Shown piece after piece: positions 16,166 through 25,993 of a stretch of 64,000 nucleotides of DNA (its first letter is position 1; each line of letters opens with the position of its first letter). Below the pieces are notes generated by a model. The model was not told the DNA's origin. It was given only the letters and a program-made list of their open reading frames with translations, and did no database searches. The stretch is taken from positions 1-64,000 of IMG/VR virus record IMGVR_UViG_3300022682_000042; one strand, given 5' to 3'. This stretch comes from a virus. The position numbers were made by a program, and so were the translations under genes.

Positions 16166-17781
16166 TGAGTATTAAGACCTTGCCCCTTTACCGGGGTTTG
16201 CGGCGGACGCTTTTTCCTGATGGTCCGTTTGAATTGAACAAAAACTCCCTACAGGCCAATGGGTTGGTGGCCTGGTGGCCGACAATTGCTAGCCGGGGTG
16301 GAAATGTTATGATGGATTTGGCTCGCCGTCATAACGCGGCTTTTAACGGCGGTTTGACCTGGACTATTGACCCCAATGCCGGAAATATTTTAGATTATAA
16401 TGGCTCCTCTGGCTATTTATCGTTTAGCCGTACCGGGGATATACCTACATCTTCTGAGGCTTTTACACTATCCGTTTGGATAGAAGACAATACTACTGTT
16501 GACAACCTAGGCACATATCATCGCATTATCTCATACTATGATGAATCACAAAATATCCAATTGGGATTAGGCCGAACAGAGACATCTGGTGATAGGTGTT
16601 TTTATATTTACAATTTGTCTGGTGGCGGTGGCGACCCATCAGAAGTAACAATGGGAGACGTTCCGTTGATTCTCAACCACGTTATCGCCACATTTGATGG
16701 CAGTAACGTATACAAGATATATCTCAACGGGTTCGATAAGGGTGGAGGATCAATGGTAACGGGGGTGGGGGGCTTTACCGCCAACTCAACGACCGTATAC
16801 ATCGGGCAACGGGGCAACGGGGCTTATGTTGACGGGACGATAGGTGACGTTAGGTTCTACAACCGCGCCTTGTCCGACGCCGAAGTCTGGCAACTCTACG
16901 ACCAGGCTACCCGGTGGGAACTGTACCAACCGGTCCAACCGAAATTTATAGTCACTATCCCGGTAGCCGGAGGGCCAACAACCGAAACTGTTAGCCATAT
17001 ATTGGCAGCCACCCTCCGAAAAACTCAGACAGTTGACCACATTCTAACAGCCACCTTACAAGAAACCAGGGCCGAAATTCACGTTCTGACTTCTACCCTC
17101 GAAAAGACCCAAACGGCCTCTCACGTCCTGACAGCCCAACTATCCGGGGTTTCAACTGTTACCCATATTCTAACCTCAACTCTTAAAAAAACTCAAACGG
17201 TTACTCACGTCCTGACTTCTACCCTTCAAAAGACTGATACAGCCACCCACGTCCTGACAACCGAACTTACTCAGACCCGGACAGCCACCCATATCCTAGC
17301 CTCAATCCTTGAAAAGACCCAGACGACCACCCACGTCTTAACGGCCGAACTTTCCCAGGCCGGGGTAGTTCAATACCTATTAACGGCCACCCTGTCTCAG
17401 ACCCAAACAGCTACCCATATCCTGGCTGCTACCCTATCTCAAACCCAAATGGCCACCTACGTCCTGACAACCCAACTATCAGGGGCCACAACTGTCAATC
17501 ACGTCTTGGTTGCTACCTTATCCCAGACCCAAACAGCTACCCATACCCTGGCTGCTACCCTCCAAGAAACCAGGACTGCTACTCACATTTTGACAGCCAC
17601 TTTGGGAATGGCCCAACTGACCCACGTCTTAACGGCTACCCTGATTTCCCTGGAAGTTCCGGGTCGGGTCGAGTTGGCCGGGTCATTGGTTTTGACTACA
17701 ATATTATCGGGTAGATTTGAGACCGGAAAAGCCTTGGCCGGACAATTCGAGGGAGCCATTGATTTAAGAGGAGAAAAATGA
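16165..17781 (+). CDS. LamG/concanavalin-like lectin domain fused to a 14-aa repeat stalk (fibre/appendage)
   Basis: GLVAWW..FTLSVWI..HVIATFDG..IYLNG..GTIGDVRFYNRALS; then H(I/V)LTATL repeats. Confidence 0.8.
   Translation: MSIKTLPLYRGLRRTLFPDGPFELNKNSLQANGLVAWWPTIASRGGNVMMDLARRHNAAFNGGLTWTIDPNAGNILDYNGSSGYLSFSRTGDIPTSSEAFTLSVWIEDNTTVDNLGTYHRIISYYDESQNIQLGLGRTETSGDRCFYIYNLSGGGGDPSEVTMGDVPLILNHVIATFDGSNVYKIYLNGFDKGGGSMVTGVGGFTANSTTVYIGQRGNGAYVDGTIGDVRFYNRALSDAEVWQLYDQATRWELYQPVQPKFIVTIPVAGGPTTETVSHILAATLRKTQTVDHILTATLQETRAEIHVLTSTLEKTQTASHVLTAQLSGVSTVTHILTSTLKKTQTVTHVLTSTLQKTDTATHVLTTELTQTRTATHILASILEKTQTTTHVLTAELSQAGVVQYLLTATLSQTQTATHILAATLSQTQMATYVLTTQLSGATTVNHVLVATLSQTQTATHTLAATLQETRTATHILTATLGMAQLTHVLTATLISLEVPGRVELAGSLVLTTILSGRFETGKALAGQFEGAIDLRGEK
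16996..17646 (+). repeat. About 16 degenerate 42-bp coding repeats
   Basis: Consensus H(I/V)LTATLxxTQTAT. Confidence 0.85.
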
Positions 17782-18122
17782 TGACGAAAGTCACTCAAGA
17801 TTTCGAGTATTGGACCGGGGATGATAAAACTTTGATCTATACAATTACCGGGTCAGACTCCGGTAGTGTCAACATGGCCGGGGCTACCTGTGAATGGCTC
17901 CTACAGGATGAGTATGACTCCGGGTCTTTGTTAAAACTTGCTACCGGGGGTAGTGGGATTACTATCTCAGGCTGTACGGTCTCAGTTCAACTATCAGCCT
18001 CAGATACTATCGGCCAGACCTGGCAAGGGACTTATCATACCCAATTGGCGGCCTCGGACGCAGCCGGGAATGTAGCTGTATTGGCCGTTGGTACTGCCCG
18101 AATACACCGGCGGGCCTACTAA
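17778..18122 (+). CDS. BppU-N-like structural protein
   Basis: GDDKTL..V.LSASDT..G.Y pattern. Confidence 0.55.
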   Translation: MMTKVTQDFEYWTGDDKTLIYTITGSDSGSVNMAGATCEWLLQDEYDSGSLLKLATGGSGITISGCTVSVQLSASDTIGQTWQGTYHTQLAASDAAGNVAVLAVGTARIHRRAY

Positions 18123-18132
18123 GGAGGATATT

Positions 18133-18651
18133 ATGAGCTATTCAAGCCCTAGTGCCGTTGGGGCCTTATGTCGTAACCTATTAGGCGAGTTTGTGACCTG
18201 GACCGATAGCAGTTGCCCTACCCGGCAACAGGTAGACGGCTGGTTATCGTCCGGTTGTTCCATTATCGAGGCCCGTCTATCAGCCCTGGGTTACTCAGTC
18301 CCGGTCAGTCAGGGGACCAGGGCCTATGATTGGCTATCGGACCTCAATACCCTGTTTGGGGTCAGCCGGGCCGAGTTAAGCCGGACCACAGCCACTATCG
18401 GGCCGGGGGAAAGAAGCCGGGGAGAGCTATTTTCTGAAATGTTTTATGATGGCCTTGACAGGTTGGCCGATATTGACCTGTCCAGTATGGGGGTAAGCCG
18501 GGCCAGCCGGGGGGTGATGTATGCCGGGGGTATCTCAGTGGCCGACAAGCAAACTCAGGAGGCCGATACAGACCGGGTGAAACCACGTTATGAACGGGAT
18601 ATGTTTAGATTTCCGGGGGTCCAGGACCCAACCGGAGGAACGGCCAGTTAG
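18133..18651 (+). CDS. Head-tail adaptor-like protein
   Basis: MSY..V..L, I.ARL..GY.VP, YAGGIS motifs; position. Confidence 0.6.
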   Translation: MSYSSPSAVGALCRNLLGEFVTWTDSSCPTRQQVDGWLSSGCSIIEARLSALGYSVPVSQGTRAYDWLSDLNTLFGVSRAELSRTTATIGPGERSRGELFSEMFYDGLDRLADIDLSSMGVSRASRGVMYAGGISVADKQTQEADTDRVKPRYERDMFRFPGVQDPTGGTAS

Positions 18652-18660
18652 GAGGTTATT

Positions 18661-19440
18661 ATGACACAGTACAGAAGCTACAAAAAGCCAGAAGTGCCAT
18701 TTGGTATTATGGTTTCCGGTGGGTCTATTCCAGGCTGGTCCTATGTCCATAAATTCGGGCGAAATCCGGCTTGTGCTGCCGATACCAAAGAAATCATCTG
18801 GGACGGCTCCAGAGGAACCTATGAATGGCCTGACTCGGCCTGTACCCTGTCTATTCAATCTACTTCTGCCTGTGATGTAGCCACTACCGGGGCCGGGGCG
18901 CAAACGGTTAAAATCTATGGCCATAATGCCAGCCGGTCAGAAATATCTGAGACCGTATCTCTAAATGGGACAACGACCGTTAATTCGGCCTGCGCTTATA
19001 GTCGGGTATTTAGAATGGAGGTTACTCAGGCCGGGTCAGATATGCACAATCACGGCATTATATCGGCTTGTGCAAATAGCTATGGATTGGCCTATATTTC
19101 GGCTTCATACAATCAGACCTTGATGGCCCTATATTCTATTCCAGATGACCGGGAGGGATTTTTGGTTGATTGGTATGGGTCTGTCAATATTTCAAGTAAA
19201 ATTGCCGCTGAACGAGAGGCTGACCTAACTCTATGGATTCGTGGGGCCAGTTCAAATAATGCTTTTCAGATTAAGGACTTTATTGGCCTTAACTCTAATG
19301 GGGCCGGTCATGCTGAAATAGATTTTAACCCGAACCGTTATCTAGCTCCCGGTACAGACCTTTATATTTCAGCTTGCGCCCAGGATGCTGATACAGACAT
19401 ATCGGCCGGTTTTGACATTTACCTACATGATATAACGTAA
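18661..19440 (+). CDS. Putative virion protein
   Basis: HKFGRN..E.IW..GAGAQTV.I.G..E.V.LNG. Confidence 0.6.
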   Translation: MTQYRSYKKPEVPFGIMVSGGSIPGWSYVHKFGRNPACAADTKEIIWDGSRGTYEWPDSACTLSIQSTSACDVATTGAGAQTVKIYGHNASRSEISETVSLNGTTTVNSACAYSRVFRMEVTQAGSDMHNHGIISACANSYGLAYISASYNQTLMALYSIPDDREGFLVDWYGSVNISSKIAAEREADLTLWIRGASSNNAFQIKDFIGLNSNGAGHAEIDFNPNRYLAPGTDLYISACAQDADTDISAGFDIYLHDIT

Positions 19441-19444
19441 CCCC

Positions 19445-19473
19445 TTGCAGTCTGCCTCAAAATGTTGTATAGT
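19445..19473 (+). promoter_or_regulatory. Promoter for glycosyltransferase gene
   Basis: TTGCAG-17-TATAGT. Confidence 0.5.
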
Positions 19474-19555
19474 ATTTTTACAGATTACAACAGTTTGATA
19501 TGGGCCGGGGGTCCCTGGTCAGAAAAGGAAAACTACCTTGCAAAAGGAGAAGGAG

Positions 19556-20967
19556 GTGGGCCAGGGCAGTTCTATTCAAGCGTATAACGTTGTCTTCATT
19601 TATGCAGACAATCAGCATGAATGGAACTGCTCTAGTCCCAGTGGCGTAGTCTATCGCCATCAAGTGGTTTGAATCGGGCCGGCCAAGGCTGGTCTGGTAG
19701 ACTCATTCACGTTTCCGGATTCACCGAGTTCCTCAACCCCGTCATTCAAGACATTCTGATGCCGGCCGATGTGATTATCGTCCAACGTAATGTCATCCAT
19801 CCCAGGGTTTATGATGCTATGGCCTATTGGCAAGGGATGGGAAAACCGGTAGTGGTTGATCTGGATGACGCCTACCATTTTTTGCCCTGGTCCAATCCGG
19901 CCCGGCCTTTCTGGTTCCTGAAACCCCTGCCGGATGTAGACGGGGTAGAACGGGAAGGGGCCGGTATTAGGTTGCTTGAGGAAGGTCTGGTTAGAGCTGA
20001 CGGTCTGGTAGCCCCGAACAAGCTGTTGTTGGCCGATTGGGAGTATGCCAGCGGCAATAGTTATTTTATCCAGAATTATGCCGAGCCATCCTGGTGGGGA
20101 GTGCCACCCCCCGGCCCGTGGGTTCCATCCGGTCAACAACATTGGACCTGTAAAGATGATGACCGGCTCTGGCCCGTTAAGTGGTGGCGAGACAGAAACA
20201 GAACGGTCAGGGGCCTACCCCCCCGGTCTATCCTCAAGAAAGGATTGGGGATAAAAGATAGAATAGTTATTGGGTGGGGTGGGTCGATGTCCCACTATGA
20301 CAGTTTTTGGGGGAGTGGTCTAATGCAAGCCATCCCCAAAATATCGGCCCGATACCCCGAAGTCCTGTGGATGATCTGTGGGGGCGAGAAACGGCTTTAT
20401 GAACAGTTAGAGGTTCCGGCCCGACAAAAGTTCTGGCAACACGGCGTTCCTCCCCAACAATGGCCCGAAATAGTCTGCCGGTTTGACGTGGGCCTGGCCC
20501 CCCTGTATGGGCCTTATGACCAGCGTCGGTCCTGGATAAAAGGAATTGAGTATGCTCTGGCCGGAACCCCGTGGGTTGCTACCAGGGGCGAGACTTACAA
20601 GGGCCTGATAGACTGGCCTGCCGGCCTACAAGGGCCGGAAAGCGCCGAATGGTGGGAAGATAGCTTAGAGGTTATTCTGTCTGACCTTGAGGGCTGGCAG
20701 GATAAGGCCGAGGCCCTGTTACCGGAGGCCCGAAAGCGGTTCATTATTGACAATAACCTGGACAAATACAGTCAGGCTATTAACCAGATGATAGCCGATA
20801 AACAACAGGCCGGGCAGGGTGAGGTGGTTCTGCCGAACGTGATAAGGATACCAAAAAATGGCAAAAAGGAAAAGGAAGTCAGTCGGGACATCCCGACCGG
20901 AGAAATTATCAGTCTTGACGGCCCAGGCCCCAATGGGGTCAGAGAGGTTGAAATTAAAACCGGGTAA
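19556..20967 (+). CDS. GT-B glycosyltransferase, apparently frameshifted near the 5' end
   Basis: VVDLDD, IGWGGSMSH, DVGLAPL, RSWIKGIEY; RBS-led GTG at 19556 is out of frame with the body from 19636. Confidence 0.75.
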
Positions 20968-21165
20968 TGTGTTGATGTTGGCTGAGGAGGTTGGGGGTCA
21001 ATTGCCGACTATTGCCGGGGTTGAGGTAGGACGGGCTTTGACTTATGATTTGATACAATTTCTGAATAGGAATTGTTGACCGAAATAGGTTTGGTGATTA
21101 TCCGAATCATAAATTTGTACCCTATACAGCCAATATTCTTCGTGTCAATCTCTGTTGCTTAAGCC

Positions 21166-21268
21166 ATATAACGCCCGCCAATAAGCCGCGCCAACGGGAC
21201 TTGGTTTATAGTTGAGCCTTACAGCCAGAGGCACGTGTCTGGCGTCGGCTTTATTGGCTTTGTTAGGT
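21166..21268 (-). other. attC-like recombination site 4
   Basis: ACCTAAC...GTTATAT imperfect palindrome with extrahelical bases; upstream ORF stop lies inside R''. Confidence 0.8.
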
Positions 21269-21502
21269 TGCGTCTTGGCTATCTTGCATTGCCAGATACA
21301 GCCCTAGCACAACTTTGTCCATTACCATTTCAAGATCGGTTTGCGACCAGATTGCAAACCCTTTTTGCTTGTCAAAAATAGCCTGATTTATTTTGCGACG
21401 TTTTAATGGCTTACCTGTTCGCTTATTTAGACCGTAGTCAAAATCTTCCGTAAGGCACTTTAATATTTTTTTCTTTGCTAACCGTATATCTGATTTGTTC
21501 AT
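21263..21502 (-). CDS. Cassette 4 hypothetical protein
   Basis: Single ORF between attC sites. Confidence 0.7.
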   Translation of the reverse strand: MNKSDIRLAKKKILKCLTEDFDYGLNKRTGKPLKRRKINQAIFDKQKGFAIWSQTDLEMVMDKVVLGLYLAMQDSQDAT

Positions 21503-21506
21503 AGCA

Positions 21507-21592
21507 ACCTAACGCCCGCCAATGAGCGGCGGGCTACTGTGATTGTTTGTGATGGCCAGAATCAACCGTCCGCTCCATTGGCATTGTTGGGC
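21507..21592 (-). other. attC-like recombination site 3
   Basis: GCCCAAC...GTTAGGT; arms related to site 4. Confidence 0.8.
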
Positions 21593-21740
21593 GGATGCAT
21601 ACCGGATAGCAATGCTTCTGGTATGATGCGCCCTGAGCGTTTGGTTGAAAAAAATACATTTTCTGGCCTGCCTCGATAACCGCACCGCATTTGTCACAGG
21701 TCGTTATGTAATCGTTGACAACTGGCTCAAAATTAAACAA
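21534..21740 (-). CDS. Cassette 3 small zinc-finger-like protein
   Basis: CDKCG..HC..C; GAGGTGG RBS; reads into attC. Confidence 0.55.
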   Translation of the reverse strand: MFNFEPVVNDYITTCDKCGAVIEAGQKMYFFQPNAQGASYQKHCYPVCIRPTMPMERTVDSGHHKQSQ

Positions 21741-21760
21741 GTTCCACCTCTAAGCTATCC

Positions 21761-21886
21761 GCCTAACGATCTGAGTTGTGGCGATTGCGGGTTGGCTCCA
21801 CAACTATGATTTACAGAATATTTGCAGCCCCAACCGACCACAATTAAAAGCAAGATTAGCAATTCGCTACGAACGACTTGTTAGCT
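21761..21886 (-). other. attC-like recombination site 2
   Basis: AGCTAAC...GTTAGGC; ORF stop inside R''. Confidence 0.8.
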
Positions 21887-22114
21887 ACCGTGACGGCTGG
21901 CATAGACACGCAAACACCGCTTGCAGGCATTGGCTAACGGTACATTTATGGTCATCCGGTAGCCATTAGAATATTTTCCGCTGGTATCAAAACCACGTCC
22001 GCAAATTGGCGCACTAATATGTCCGGCTTCAATTAAATTTTGGCGGCTTTTACCTTCGCCAGCCTCATAAACCAAATGTAACTTTTGACCACCTTTGATT
22101 TGCATATAACGCAT
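21881..22114 (-). CDS. Cassette 2 small Cys/His protein
   Basis: GGAGG RBS; H..ICG..CKRC. Confidence 0.65.
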   Translation of the reverse strand: MRYMQIKGGQKLHLVYEAGEGKSRQNLIEAGHISAPICGRGFDTSGKYSNGYRMTINVPLANACKRCLRVYASRHGS

Positions 22115-22134
22115 TTTGGCCTCCAAAAGAAGGT

Positions 22135-22259
22135 AGCTAACTATTGAGTTGTGGCGATTGCGGGCCAGCACCGAACCGCAACATAATTGATAGATACGCT
22201 GGCAAGACTATTTCAAAAATCGCTGTGGTAGCAATTCGCCCACCAACGATTTGTTATTA
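22135..22259 (-). other. attC-like recombination site 1
   Basis: TAATAAC...GTTAGCT; arms related to site 2 (shared TGAGTTGTGGCGATTGCGGG). Confidence 0.75.
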
Positions 22260-22546
22260 CGGGGTTGGATTACAAAGCCGTATTTCTCTTGCCTCACCCG
22301 TTCTTTTTCAACCCAAAGGGCGCGGACATTAGCCACTTTCTGGTTATCAATTTCACCATCTGTAAATAATATCCCTTCGGGGTCATCGCGGTAATCCCAC
22401 ACCCCGCCAAGTTTAACTTCGCCTGTTTCTCTATCAAAAACAACTTCAAGGGCCAACCCTAACGGATGAAAGAACTGCCGGTTCGCCTCTTGCAAAAAAC
22501 CCTTCTCTTGAAATTCTTTTATGTTTATACGTTTGATTTCTGGCAT
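22208..22546 (-). CDS. Cassette 1 hypothetical protein
   Basis: GGAGG RBS; GFLQEANRQFFHPLGLALE..WDYRDDPEG. Confidence 0.7.
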   Translation of the reverse strand: MPEIKRINIKEFQEKGFLQEANRQFFHPLGLALEVVFDRETGEVKLGGVWDYRDDPEGILFTDGEIDNQKVANVRALWVEKERVRQEKYGFVIQPRNNKSLVGELLPQRFLK

Positions 22547-22636
22547 CTTGCCTCCGATCTTAAAACAAGTACATAACAATATTATAACATTACACCTTGC
22601 TTGATATTATACCCAACCTATGCTATAATGTCAAAT

Positions 22637-23299
22637 ATGAAACCATCAAATGAATTACAACAAAAATTGGACAGTGCCTTTGCCGGCCTGTCCAAGAATA
22701 CCGTCCGGCTTTACTCTCACTGGATTATTGAGTTGGCCAAATTCCACGCGCCGCTCAAACTATCCGAGCTTGAACAATGGTATATTGACCAGTTTTTGGC
22801 CTGGATGGTCCGGCCCGGTGAATACTCCCGATCTACTACCAATCAGGCCAAAAGGGCGATCCGTCTGTTTTATGAGTCGCTCGGCAGGCCGGTCAATGTA
22901 CAAATGGTATCGACCCGGCACAAATCCCGACCAGTCGATACCATCAGCCGGGAGCAGGTCAAGGAGGTTTTGTCCCGGTTGCCACTGCTGTACCAGATGC
23001 TGGCTGGCGACATTTACCACAACCTGACCCGACCCGGCGAGGTCGTCAAGCAGTCGAGGTCCAGGGGTGGATATACCGCCGTCTCTACCCTAACCAATCA
23101 CATCAAACAAGCCGGTAAGGAGGCCGGGATTATCAAGCCGGTAACAGCGATAACACTATATCAGTCCGGCATTGTTCATCGGCTTGAGGATAACGGACCG
23201 GTGGCAGTAATGGAACTAACAGGGCTAAAACCAAGTACAATTCAGAGGTACTTGAGACAGACTAAAAATAGTGATATAATAAATAAAAAGGGGTTTTAA
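22637..23299 (+). CDS. Degenerate integron-integrase-like protein (SAM-like N-domain intact, catalytic domain eroded)
   Basis: NT.RLY.HWI..FH..FL..SRSTTNQA..AI..FY; AGIIKPVT followed by ITLYQS in place of HTLRHS; leaderless after TGCTATAAT. Confidence 0.7.
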   Translation: MKPSNELQQKLDSAFAGLSKNTVRLYSHWIIELAKFHAPLKLSELEQWYIDQFLAWMVRPGEYSRSTTNQAKRAIRLFYESLGRPVNVQMVSTRHKSRPVDTISREQVKEVLSRLPLLYQMLAGDIYHNLTRPGEVVKQSRSRGGYTAVSTLTNHIKQAGKEAGIIKPVTAITLYQSGIVHRLEDNGPVAVMELTGLKPSTIQRYLRQTKNSDIINKKGF

Positions 23300-24468
23300 T
23301 GAAAACTATTGTAGTTAGCCATCAACCGACTTTTTTACCCATTATCCGGCAATTGTCTCAATTAGGATGGACCATTATCACCCTGACCCAACCCTATGCC
23401 CAGGAATTGGGCAATCAGGGAATTGAGGCCAAACCTCTGGGGGCCTTTGGGGGCGAAGGACAAGACTCGGCCTTTGCCTGGGCCGGGGCCTGTATCTCGG
23501 CCCTGTCCGGCCTGGAACTGAACGGGGCCGGGCCGGGGCCGATAGGTTGGCTCAGACAAAACTCAGTCCCCTTTTACTATCCCAGATTGGCCGACATGGG
23601 GATGATCGTTGTCTGTCTTGAAAATCTCAAGCCTGATTTGGTCTTGCTACATAATGATGTAGAACCGGCGACCAGGGCCGTAGCTCTGTGGGCCAAAACC
23701 AAGTCGGTTCCTTGTCTACACATCCCTCACGCTATTTACCAACTGGTCAACCGGGGGCCTCTAGGGACCGATGTCCACGACTTGGTAACGGCCTCGAATA
23801 TCGGGGTGGCCGGCCCTTTCCAGCGGGTCTGGTATGAGGCTTGTGGGGCTGAACCGGCTAATGTCAGGGAGACCGGCCTGCCTCAGTTCGATGGGTGGGC
23901 CACCCGGCAATCGGGGGACCAAAAGAAGGCCAAGAAATTGTTGGGCCTTGACCCAAACAGGCCGGTAGTAGCTTACGGGGGAACCTGGCCCCAGGGGACC
24001 AATGCCGGGGGCCTAAATGATGAATGGCAATTTGTCTACTTCTCTTTTCTTGAGGCAGCCAACCGGCTTGGCTTTCAGGCTGTAGTCAAATGTCATCCCA
24101 GGGGAGGAAAACAGAATTGGGACTGGCACGTGCAACAGGCAACCGAGGCCGGCCTGGATGGAGTTGTAACCCCATCTCACCTGGAACAAGTGATAGATGC
24201 CTCTGACCTATTTCTGGCCCCCTACGGCTCTAATGTATTGCTTGAGGCGGCCCATAATCCGGCCTGTCGACTGGCTACGACCCACGGCTATAAGGGAGAC
24301 AGGGCCGTGGAAAAAGTGCCGATAGACCCAGACGGGATGGCCGAGGCCCTGGGTAAATTATTGACCGAAGAACCCAGGCCAACCGGGACCTTGTTGGCCA
24401 AGTACCTGGGAGACCGGGATGGGTTAGCCTGGCAACGGGTAGTAGGGTATTGTGAGGAGTTGGCCTGA
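23299..24468 (+). CDS. GT-B fold glycosyl/glycerophosphotransferase-like protein
   Basis: HIPHA, ETGLPQFD, VVKCHPR, SNVLLEA motifs. Confidence 0.65.
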   Translation: MKTIVVSHQPTFLPIIRQLSQLGWTIITLTQPYAQELGNQGIEAKPLGAFGGEGQDSAFAWAGACISALSGLELNGAGPGPIGWLRQNSVPFYYPRLADMGMIVVCLENLKPDLVLLHNDVEPATRAVALWAKTKSVPCLHIPHAIYQLVNRGPLGTDVHDLVTASNIGVAGPFQRVWYEACGAEPANVRETGLPQFDGWATRQSGDQKKAKKLLGLDPNRPVVAYGGTWPQGTNAGGLNDEWQFVYFSFLEAANRLGFQAVVKCHPRGGKQNWDWHVQQATEAGLDGVVTPSHLEQVIDASDLFLAPYGSNVLLEAAHNPACRLATTHGYKGDRAVEKVPIDPDGMAEALGKLLTEEPRPTGTLLAKYLGDRDGLAWQRVVGYCEELA

Positions 24469-24944
24469 TGCCCCCAATACGTTTGAAAATTGAGACCCAC
24501 CCATCTTTAGAGCAAGTCTCTTTACCTTACCGGAAATTTAGAGAAAAGGATTTGGCCGGGTTTATGGAGACATTAGCCGGGATATTGCATCAAAATATCC
24601 AGGATGTTGCCCCAGTTCGAACCGGTGTTGGCCGAAAAAGTATTGTTGCTCGAAAAAGAAAAGATTTGGAATGGGCAATCTTAATTGATAGACGGTTTCG
24701 GGGTGGGAAATATATGACCTGGCAACATGAAGGGGTTTCACCTTCAAAAATAAATCCGATAGTTCCTAGAAAAAAACAGGCCCTTTGGTGGAGTGGGCTT
24801 CCTCATCCGATAGCTATTGTCAGAAATCATCCAGGCATTAAACGGCTTGGATTTTTCGAGACTGGAATTGAAATGAGTAGAGGAGACCTTGATTCTGCCA
24901 GAGATTTGATAGGGGCTGAAATACAAAGAAAGTTTGAGGAATAA
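24468..24944 (+). CDS. HK97 gp10-like neck/tail completion protein
   Basis: APVRTG..RKSI, HPGIK..FF. Confidence 0.7.
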   Translation: MPPIRLKIETHPSLEQVSLPYRKFREKDLAGFMETLAGILHQNIQDVAPVRTGVGRKSIVARKRKDLEWAILIDRRFRGGKYMTWQHEGVSPSKINPIVPRKKQALWWSGLPHPIAIVRNHPGIKRLGFFETGIEMSRGDLDSARDLIGAEIQRKFEE

Positions 24945-25289
24945 TTATTCTAAGGGAAAAGATAACTGAGACCAGTTTCTCGGTCTAGTAATAACAATAG
25001 ATTTTTGTTGGTTATCTGGTAAGTTTGTCAATAAAAAGCTTGACAGTTTGTTGTCAAGATATTTATTTAATTGTTGCGCTAAAAACAAGCTAATATTATC
25101 AACAGTATATGAAATTCTTATCAAAATAAAATCATATTTTTTAGCAAAGTTGTTTTTGATTTGGTCATTTTCTTGAGTTTTTTGTAGGCCATCTTTTCCC
25201 CCAAATTCTGCAACTGGTTCAAAGTGTTGCCGCCCATCATATTCAATTAAGAACTGTAATTTCCCAATTCTGTAATTACAAAGGGCCAC
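24945..25289 (-). pseudogene. C-terminal remnant of a Vsr/DUF559-like endonuclease
   Basis: LIEYDGRQH..D.IKN.FA..LIRISY with no N-terminal half. Confidence 0.6.
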
Positions 25290-25430
25290 CCCTATGGTCT
25301 ACCCGCAACAGTTTTTGTAAGAACTGACGGCATAGAGGCGGCCCTTTGTAAGCCAGTTGTCCAAATAAAAAACCGTTGCTTGCAGACAAGAATATTATAC
25401 CACAATACTTGGACCGACACAAGTACCCCC

Positions 25431-25551
25431 TTGTCAACCTCCCCTAATTATGTTATACTATTCCTAGAAATCCCAACGGCCAGCTAGCCCCTGGCCCACA
25501 ACCTAAAGACAGTAATCAGGCCGAGAGGACCGGCATCCTCTCGGCCTTTTT
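25431..25551 (+). promoter_or_regulatory. Promoter plus leader terminator of tail operon
   Basis: TTGTCA-17-TATACT; 12-bp hairpin 25518-25547 plus T-run. Confidence 0.7.
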
Positions 25552-25564
25552 GTATTGGAGCAAA

Positions 25565-25993
25565 ATGTCAGCTTCAAATATTGCATCGGCCCTGGTCACT
25601 ACTTTATCTAGTGCATCACGGTTTGGGCCAAAATGTGTTGGGCTTGATTTTGGGGTACTTGAGACAAGTTCGGCCTCTGGGATTGTAGTCTCCTGGGCCA
25701 CAGTCGAGGCCATGCAGGGTCAGTTCGGGGACCGGCCCGAAAGTGACCGGGAATGGACTTTCCTGCTGGATACATTTAGTAAGGACACCGGTAACGTCAA
25801 ATCGGTATTAGCCCGAACTTTGGCCTGTGTGGATGATGTGTTGGGGGCCATCGGGGATGACCCGACCTTGCAGGGAACGGTCGAAAGGGTATCGGCCATC
25901 CGAGGCCGGCGGAATGTTGACCTGGCTTATGAGGCCGGGGGCTTTACCTGGCTACGGATGCCGATAGAGGTAGATGTCGTTGAATGGCCTTAG
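25565..25993 (+). CDS. Tail terminator-like protein
   Basis: DPTLQGTV motif; position before tail tube. Confidence 0.6.
   Translation: MSASNIASALVTTLSSASRFGPKCVGLDFGVLETSSASGIVVSWATVEAMQGQFGDRPESDREWTFLLDTFSKDTGNVKSVLARTLACVDDVLGAIGDDPTLQGTVERVSAIRGRRNVDLAYEAGGFTWLRMPIEVDVVEWP

Noticed and set aside
16996-17646. DGR variable region or second CRISPR array
   Set aside because: In-frame coding repeats with synonymous drift; no reverse transcriptase or unique spacers
19633-19635. TAG readthrough or alternative genetic code
   Set aside because: The upstream peptide is in a different frame and TAG terminates other genes normally (e.g. capsid)
22601-23299. Functional prophage integrase implying a temperate lifestyle
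   Set aside because: Catalytic R/H residues are missing, so lifestyle cannot be inferred from it
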